Shown here piece by piece: positions 58,715 through 64,000 of a stretch of 64,000 nucleotides of DNA (positions within the stretch are counted from its first letter, which is position 1; each line of letters begins with the position of its first letter). Below the pieces are notes generated by a model, which saw nothing but the letters and a program-made list of their open reading frames with translations, was not told the DNA's origin and ran no database searches. Origin of the DNA: Candidatus Bathyarchaeota archaeon (GTDB lineage Archaea > Thermoproteota > Bathyarchaeia > Bathyarchaeales > Bathycorpusculaceae); the NCBI GenBank assembly GCA_963707955.1, contig OY970176.1, positions 2,144,001 to 2,208,000 on the forward strand, read 5' to 3'. A program made the translations under genes and the position numbers.

Positions 58715-58760
58715 ACGACTTTACCTTACTTTGCGAGAAACTAAAGGTTTCTTATGAACG

Positions 58761-59147
58761 TCAAAGAATGTTCAGTTTCCGCATGCCCTTGATAAGTTCG
58801 AGATTGGCTATGCTGTAAAAAACCCATTTGCCTTGTTTTCTATTCTTCACCAGTTCAGCATTTTCCAATATTCCCAGATGATGAGATGCTGTCGGCTGCG
58901 TAAGATTCAAAGCAGCCATGACCTCGCAAACGCACATTTCTCGAACCAACAATAACCCCAGAATCCTCAGCCTTGTCGAATCTGCAAGAGCTTTGAAGAC
59001 TTTGCTATTTCTCGAGGCGTTTTCTTTGCTCATGTTTTTGTTAGCTAGTTTCTCTAGTTCGGCAGCATATTCTGAAGCACTTTCACTGGAACAGATGCCT
59101 GACTCGGCTAGTCGTTGTAGTCTTCGCTCTGTTTTTGATGTTGGCAT
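58761..59147 (-). CDS. ArsR/SmtB-family metalloregulator
   Basis: FKALAD.TRLRIL, MCVCE, QPTASHHL..L and GKWVFY motifs. Confidence 0.92.
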   Translation of the reverse strand: MPTSKTERRLQRLAESGICSSESASEYAAELEKLANKNMSKENASRNSKVFKALADSTRLRILGLLLVREMCVCEVMAALNLTQPTASHHLGILENAELVKNRKQGKWVFYSIANLELIKGMRKLNIL

Positions 59148-59173
59148 GAGACTTCAATTGAGTGATGGCAAAT

Positions 59174-59194
59174 AACATATTTAAATGCGTTGTT
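59174..59194. promoter_or_regulatory. Divergent arsR/arsC promoter (AACATATTTAAATGCGTTGTT)
   Basis: TATA-like ATTTAAAT about 30 nt from both starts; motif shared with 58697-58714. Confidence 0.5.
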
Positions 59195-59211
59195 CTATGC
59201 TTCAATGAGAG

Positions 59212-59616
59212 ATGGATGAAGTGAAGAGAGTACTTTTCGTGTGTGTCGAAAACGCTGGCAGGAGCCAGATGGCAGAAACCTTTGCCAATCATTATGGAAA
59301 GGGAAAGGTCACAGCCTCAAGCGCAGGTATCAAGTTAGCCGACAAGGTGAATCCTGTAGTTGTTGAAGCCATGAAAGAGAAGGGCATAGACATCTCGATG
59401 AACCTGCCGAAACTGCTGACCCCCAAGATGTTGGAAGAAGCAGATCTGATCGTAACTATGGGCTGTGGCGCGGCAGACCTGTGTCCAGGTCCTTTTTTCA
59501 AAACAACTGTGGATTGGGGACTCGAAGATCCAAAGGACAAACCGATAGAGAAAGTTCGGGAAATCAGAGACGAAATAGAAAGAAAAGTAAGAACACTGCT
59601 TGACCAAAGCATCTGA
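59212..59616 (+). CDS. arsC: Arsenate reductase ArsC (LMW-PTPase fold)
   Basis: CVENAGRSQMAE P-loop, SAG, TMGC...CP and W.LEDP motifs. Confidence 0.88.
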   Translation: MDEVKRVLFVCVENAGRSQMAETFANHYGKGKVTASSAGIKLADKVNPVVVEAMKEKGIDISMNLPKLLTPKMLEEADLIVTMGCGAADLCPGPFFKTTVDWGLEDPKDKPIEKVREIRDEIERKVRTLLDQSI

Positions 59617-59714
59617 TAGCGCGCGCATACTGACCTATCACTTTTTTATGAAGAAAAGATCTCTACTTTTGAATGGCATGATCTGGGAGTGAACGTCCGA
59701 CAGAAGGTTCAGAA

Positions 59715-62147
59715 TTGGCCGAGAAGACCGTAGACTACAGTCAGACGACGACAGAGAATACAATCAAATCTCTGCAGTCGAATCCAAGCCTTGGACTTGC
59801 ATCGGGCGAGGTTGCGACCCGACTAAGGCAATATGGACACAATGAAATCCCAGAGAAAAAACCTAACCCACTGAGGATGTTTGCAAGCAAGTTCTGGGGT
59901 CTCACCGCATGGATGCTTGAGATCATAATAGTTCTTTCATGGTTCCTCCACAGATACTCAGACCTGTATATCGTAACAGGGCTTCTTGTCTTCAATTCGA
60001 TACTGGGTTTTGAGGAAGAACAGAGAGCATCAGGCGCAGTGGAATCACTAAAACTGAAGCTGCAAGTTAACGCGAGAGTCCTCAGAGACGGTTCTTGGAC
60101 AAACGTGACCGCGAGAGAATTGGTTCCTGGCGACATAATCAGAACGCGGTCCGGAGACTTCGTGCCAGCCGACGTGAAGATAATAGATGGCGAGCTAGGC
60201 GTCGACCAATCAGCCTTGACAGGTGAGTCAATGACAATAGACAAGAAGCCAAGTGACGTTCTGTATTCTGGCTCCGTTGTCAAGAGAGGCGAATCGGACG
60301 GCATCGTCGTATCAACAGGGTTGAAAACGTATTTTGGAAGAACTGCCCAGTTGGTGCAGCTTGCAAGGCCAAAACTTCACATGGAAGAAGTCGTTTCGAA
60401 CGTCGTTAAGTGGCTTTTGATCATAGTTGCTTCGTTGATCATCGTGGCTGTCGCCGTTTCAGCGTTTGACGGAATCAGTCTTTTGGATGTGCTGCCAATA
60501 GTCCTAGTCTTGTTATTGTCTGCGATACCTGTTGCCTTGCCGGCGATGTTCACTGTCAGCATGGCGTTGGGCTCTATGGAGTTGGCCAAAAAAGGCGTAC
60601 TTGTGACTAGACTGAGCGCTTCTGAAGATGCGGCAACGATGAGTGTGCTCTGCGCCGACAAGACTGGCACGATAACAGTGAACAAGCTTTCAGTGGCAAA
60701 CGTAATCCCTCTGAATGGGTTTACTGAGAAAGATGTAATACTGTACGGTGCCTTGGCTTCTCAAGAGGCTAACCAAGATCCTATAGACAGTGCCTTCATT
60801 GCCAAGGCCAAACTGGAGAATTTGCCAGTTTCTTCGTTTGTACAAAGAGATTTTGTTCCTTTTGACGCGAAAACACGGAGAACTGAAGCCTTGGTGCAAG
60901 GAGATAATAGTGAATTCAAGGTTATGAAGGGAGCTGTTAGCGTCATAGCCAAAACATGTGGGCTTCAAGAGGACTCTGTAAGAGACTTAGAATCGCGGAT
61001 GAGCATGTTTGCCGAAAAAGGGTACAGAACTCTGGCAGTCGCGAGAGCACACGATCACAAGTCTCAGGATATCGTCGGTCTAGTGGCTCTTTACGACATG
61101 CCTAGGGCTGATTCAAAACAGCTGATACAAGAGCTCAAGCACCTAGGGATATCAGTGAAAATGTTGACAGGAGACGCTCTTGCAATAGCGAAAGAAGTTG
61201 CAGCTGAAGTGGGACTCGGCGAACGGGTGATTAGAACTGCGGACCTGAAAGAATTCGTAAAAGAAAACGCGATAGAGGCGGCACAGGCGGCCGAAAAAAG
61301 CGATGGGTTCGCGGAGATATATCCCGAGGACAAATACGCGATTGTCAAAAGCCTTCAGGCCATGGGGCAGGTTGTGGGCATGACAGGTGACGGAGTGAAT
61401 GATGCACCAGCGCTGAGACAGGCGGAAGTGGGTATAGCCGTGAACACTGCAACAGACGTGGCCAAGGGCGCAGCCAGCGTCGTGCTGACGAGTGAAGGTC
61501 TGACCAGCATTGTCGATTTGGTCCGAAATGGAAGAGTAATCTATGAAAGGATATCTGCATGGGTACTGAGCAAGATAGTGAGAACTCTGCAGACTGCCAT
61601 TTTCGTAGTCTTGTCCTTTATCTTAACAGGTAGTTATGTCGTGTCGGCGTTCGCCATAGTGCTCCTCTTCTTCATGACTGACTTCGTCAAAATAGCATTG
61701 TCCACAGACGATCTGAAATGGTCACAGAAACCTAACACGTGGAACATAGCTGGCATAGTAAAAACATCGCTGGTGCTTAGCACGCTGATCGTTATCGAAT
61801 CATTCGGGCTGCTTTACGCTGGACTCAACGTGTTCCATCTGACTGCAGCCAACGAAACCCTATACACGTTCAGCTTTGAAATATTGTTCTATTTCGCCAT
61901 GTTCTTGATATTCAACGTAAGAGAAAGAGGGCATTTTTGGGAGTCGAGACCAAGCAAGACCCTGCTAATAGCAACAATACTGAGCATGATTGCTGCAACA
62001 ATAGTGACGACAACGGGAATCCCAGGCCTCAAGCCTCTACCATTGACTGAGACTCTGTTTGTGGCGTTCTGTGCTGCTGCGTTCTCGTTTACAATCAATG
62101 ATCTAGCAAAGTTTCTCTTTGTAAGGAGGACAGAAACGGGATGGTAA
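59715..62147 (+). CDS. Plasma-membrane-type proton-efflux P-type ATPase (P3A)
   Basis: DQSALTGES, IPVALP, CADKTGT, DPID, PFD, MKGA, TGDGVNDAPAL and TM6 Asp (MTDF). Confidence 0.9.
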   Translation: MAEKTVDYSQTTTENTIKSLQSNPSLGLASGEVATRLRQYGHNEIPEKKPNPLRMFASKFWGLTAWMLEIIIVLSWFLHRYSDLYIVTGLLVFNSILGFEEEQRASGAVESLKLKLQVNARVLRDGSWTNVTARELVPGDIIRTRSGDFVPADVKIIDGELGVDQSALTGESMTIDKKPSDVLYSGSVVKRGESDGIVVSTGLKTYFGRTAQLVQLARPKLHMEEVVSNVVKWLLIIVASLIIVAVAVSAFDGISLLDVLPIVLVLLLSAIPVALPAMFTVSMALGSMELAKKGVLVTRLSASEDAATMSVLCADKTGTITVNKLSVANVIPLNGFTEKDVILYGALASQEANQDPIDSAFIAKAKLENLPVSSFVQRDFVPFDAKTRRTEALVQGDNSEFKVMKGAVSVIAKTCGLQEDSVRDLESRMSMFAEKGYRTLAVARAHDHKSQDIVGLVALYDMPRADSKQLIQELKHLGISVKMLTGDALAIAKEVAAEVGLGERVIRTADLKEFVKENAIEAAQAAEKSDGFAEIYPEDKYAIVKSLQAMGQVVGMTGDGVNDAPALRQAEVGIAVNTATDVAKGAASVVLTSEGLTSIVDLVRNGRVIYERISAWVLSKIVRTLQTAIFVVLSFILTGSYVVSAFAIVLLFFMTDFVKIALSTDDLKWSQKPNTWNIAGIVKTSLVLSTLIVIESFGLLYAGLNVFHLTAANETLYTFSFEILFYFAMFLIFNVRERGHFWESRPSKTLLIATILSMIAATIVTTTGIPGLKPLPLTETLFVAFCAAAFSFTINDLAKFLFVRRTETGW

Positions 62148-62174
62148 CAACTCATTGTGCGTTAAACTTGAAAA

Positions 62175-62393
62175 ATGACAGCGCCGATTGAGAAAAATGA
62201 AAACGGTGAGTGGAGCGCCCTCCGATCGATTAGCGAAAAGCTAGGCATAACAGCAATTATTGATCTTTTGCGCAAGTCCAGTTGGGCGTTGGATCATCCT
62301 TTCAAGACTATCGAAATAGGCGACAAACAGGCTGTTCTAAGCATTGATAGATGTAGAACTCCGCGCGCGGAGAATGCTTGCTCAGCACCATAA
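62175..62393 (+). pseudogene. Probable gene fragment (DUF6125-like; SSWALD..K.IEI....A......CR)
   Basis: Family resemblance recalled from memory only; the similarity ends at the CCGCGCGCGG tract. Confidence 0.3.
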
Positions 62394-62459
62394 GCGTTAT
62401 GAACGCGCGTATTTGCTTAATAAGAGTGTTATTTCGAGCACGCCATAGGAGCGGCAATC

Positions 62460-64000
62460 TTGGCTCGTGATCCCGTTTGTGGAATGTATGTTGATGAGGA
62501 CACTGCGGCCTTCAAGACTGTGGTTGATGGAAAAACCTATTATTTCTGCAGTGAACAATGTTTGCGCACATTCACCCAACCTGAGGTTGAGAGACGCAAC
62601 CTAAGGCGTTTAATCATTCTGAGTTTCACTTTGGGCTTGTTGACTTTCCTGTTTGGCTTCTTCGTCGTTCCATTACCATTCTTGTCCCTGAACGTTTGGC
62701 TTTTTCTGCTTGCGACACCCGTCCAGTTCATTGCGGGCTACAGGTACTATCGAGGTGCTTATGGTGCGGCCCGAGCCAAAACGGTAAATATGGACACGCT
62801 GATCGTGGTTGGAACAACCACTGCTTGGGGCTATAGCACGCTGGTGACTTTCTTGCCCAAGCTGATGCCGAGCCAAGATGTTTACTTTGACACTGCAGCG
62901 TTGATCATAGCGCTAATTCTAATTGGAAAATACTTGGAGGAGGCCGCCAAAGGCCGGGCTTCTGAGGCAGTTCGTAAACTAGTTGACCTTCAGCCCGTGC
63001 TTGCGAATTTACTAAAAGAAGACGGAACAGAGGAGAAGGTGCCGGTCGAGAAGGTAATGCCTGGGGAAGTACTTCTGATTAGGCCAGGAGAAAAGATACC
63101 ATTAGATGGTGTGGTGATAGATGGTTTATCTTCTGTAGATGAAAGCATGATCACTGGTGAAAGTATGCCTGTGACAAAGGAAAAAGGAGCACAGGTCATC
63201 GGCGGGACCGTGAACAAGGAAGGTGCCCTGAAAATTGAAGTCACCCGCATAGGCATGAACACGACCCTGAACCAGATCGTGCAAATGGTAAATGATGCTC
63301 AATTGAGCAGGGCTCCTATTCAGAGGCTGGCCGACACAATATCCGCATATTTCGTGCCTGCCATACTCTCCATCGGAGTCATCACCTTCTTGCTGTGGAG
63401 GTTTGTGGTTGGTGCGAGCTTCGGCTTTGGCTTAACGGCTTTCATAGCTGTGGTCATAGTTGCCTGTCCCTGCGCTATGGGTATTGCTACCCCTACTGCG
63501 ATACTGGTCGGGGCGGCAAAGGGTGCCCAGAACGGGATTCTAATAAAAGGCGGCGACTACCTCGAAAAAACCAGAGAACTAGAAGCAATAGTCTTCGACA
63601 AAACTGGCACATTAACCAAGGGCAAACTCGCTGTTACCGACATCATCGGAGACAATCAAGAATCACTACTGGCTTCGGCGGCTTCGCTTGAAAACCTGTC
63701 AGAGCATTCAGTGGGTCAAGCAATCGTTAGTGAAGCAAAAAGCCGAAACGTCGCCTTGGAACAACCGGAAGATTTTGAAGTTCTTCCAGGAAAAGGATTG
63801 AAGGGCAAGGTCAAAGGCAAAAAGGTAGTCATAGGCACCCAAAGACTAATCGAAGAATCAAACATAACGATAAGCAAAACAAACCAAACAAACGCTGAAA
63901 ACCTGTTCAGCGAAGGAAAAAGCGTCATCTACGTAGCGGTAGACACTAAAGTCACCGGTTTAATCGCCGTTGCGGATGAACTCAAAGACAACGCCGCAGA
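62460..64000 (+). CDS. copA: Copper-translocating P1B ATPase with N-terminal YHS/TRASH domain (runs off the window end)
   Basis: Read manually from TTG 62460 (AGGAG SD): [40 protein letters not shown] in frame and SEH. Confidence 0.9.
   Translation, partial: MARDPVCGMYVDEDTAAFKTVVDGKTYYFCSEQCLRTFTQPEVERRNLRRLIILSFTLGLLTFLFGFFVVPLPFLSLNVWLFLLATPVQFIAGYRYYRGAYGAARAKTVNMDTLIVVGTTTAWGYSTLVTFLPKLMPSQDVYFDTAALIIALILIGKYLEEAAKGRASEAVRKLVDLQPVLANLLKEDGTEEKVPVEKVMPGEVLLIRPGEKIPLDGVVIDGLSSVDESMITGESMPVTKEKGAQVIGGTVNKEGALKIEVTRIGMNTTLNQIVQMVNDAQLSRAPIQRLADTISAYFVPAILSIGVITFLLWRFVVGASFGFGLTAFIAVVIVACPCAMGIATPTAILVGAAKGAQNGILIKGGDYLEKTRELEAIVFDKTGTLTKGKLAVTDIIGDNQESLLASAASLENLSEHSVGQAIVSEAKSRNVALEQPEDFEVLPGKGLKGKVKGKKVVIGTQRLIEESNITISKTNQTNAENLFSEGKSVIYVAVDTKVTGLIAVADELKDNAA

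Overview
Archaeal chromosomal window of roughly 48-50% GC. It is most likely from Bathyarchaeia or another TACK lineage; this is inferred from the ribosomal protein set, gene order and protein families and was not verified by search. From left to right it contains: (1) a soluble redox cluster with NfnAB/SudAB, a ferredoxin-MvhD tandem fusion, TrxB, an HdrD/FadF-like Fe-S protein and an HdrA-MvhD fusion; (2) a TrmB regulator and a patch of tiny or orphan ORFs, including a Cys-rich protein; (3) a complete acyl-CoA beta-oxidation cluster (EtfBA, two ACADs, HADH, ECH, thiolase with DUF35, acyl-CoA ligase); (4) tetraether lipid synthase (Tes), an MFS transporter and hypFCDE; (5) the L22 to cmk ribosomal superoperon, with an inserted sHSP and an AT-rich foreign segment fused to the DUF106/Oxa1-superfamily insertase; (6) a radical SAM enzyme, two GT2 glycosyltransferases, pdxST, DNA ligase and MoeB/E1; (7) tRNA-Cys followed by a metal/proton P-type ATPase island. 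The most notable observations are a YidC-like extracellular domain grafted onto the archaeal Oxa1 homologue, four identical +1 T insertions inside RGCT sites (a probable DNA-methylation footprint in the assembly), intergenic (CG)n tracts at gene ends and gene-remnant breakpoints, a cluster-less MvhD domain on HdrA beside a double-MvhD protein, and a candidate multi-branch structured RNA. No CRISPR array, rRNA, integrase or transposase was seen.
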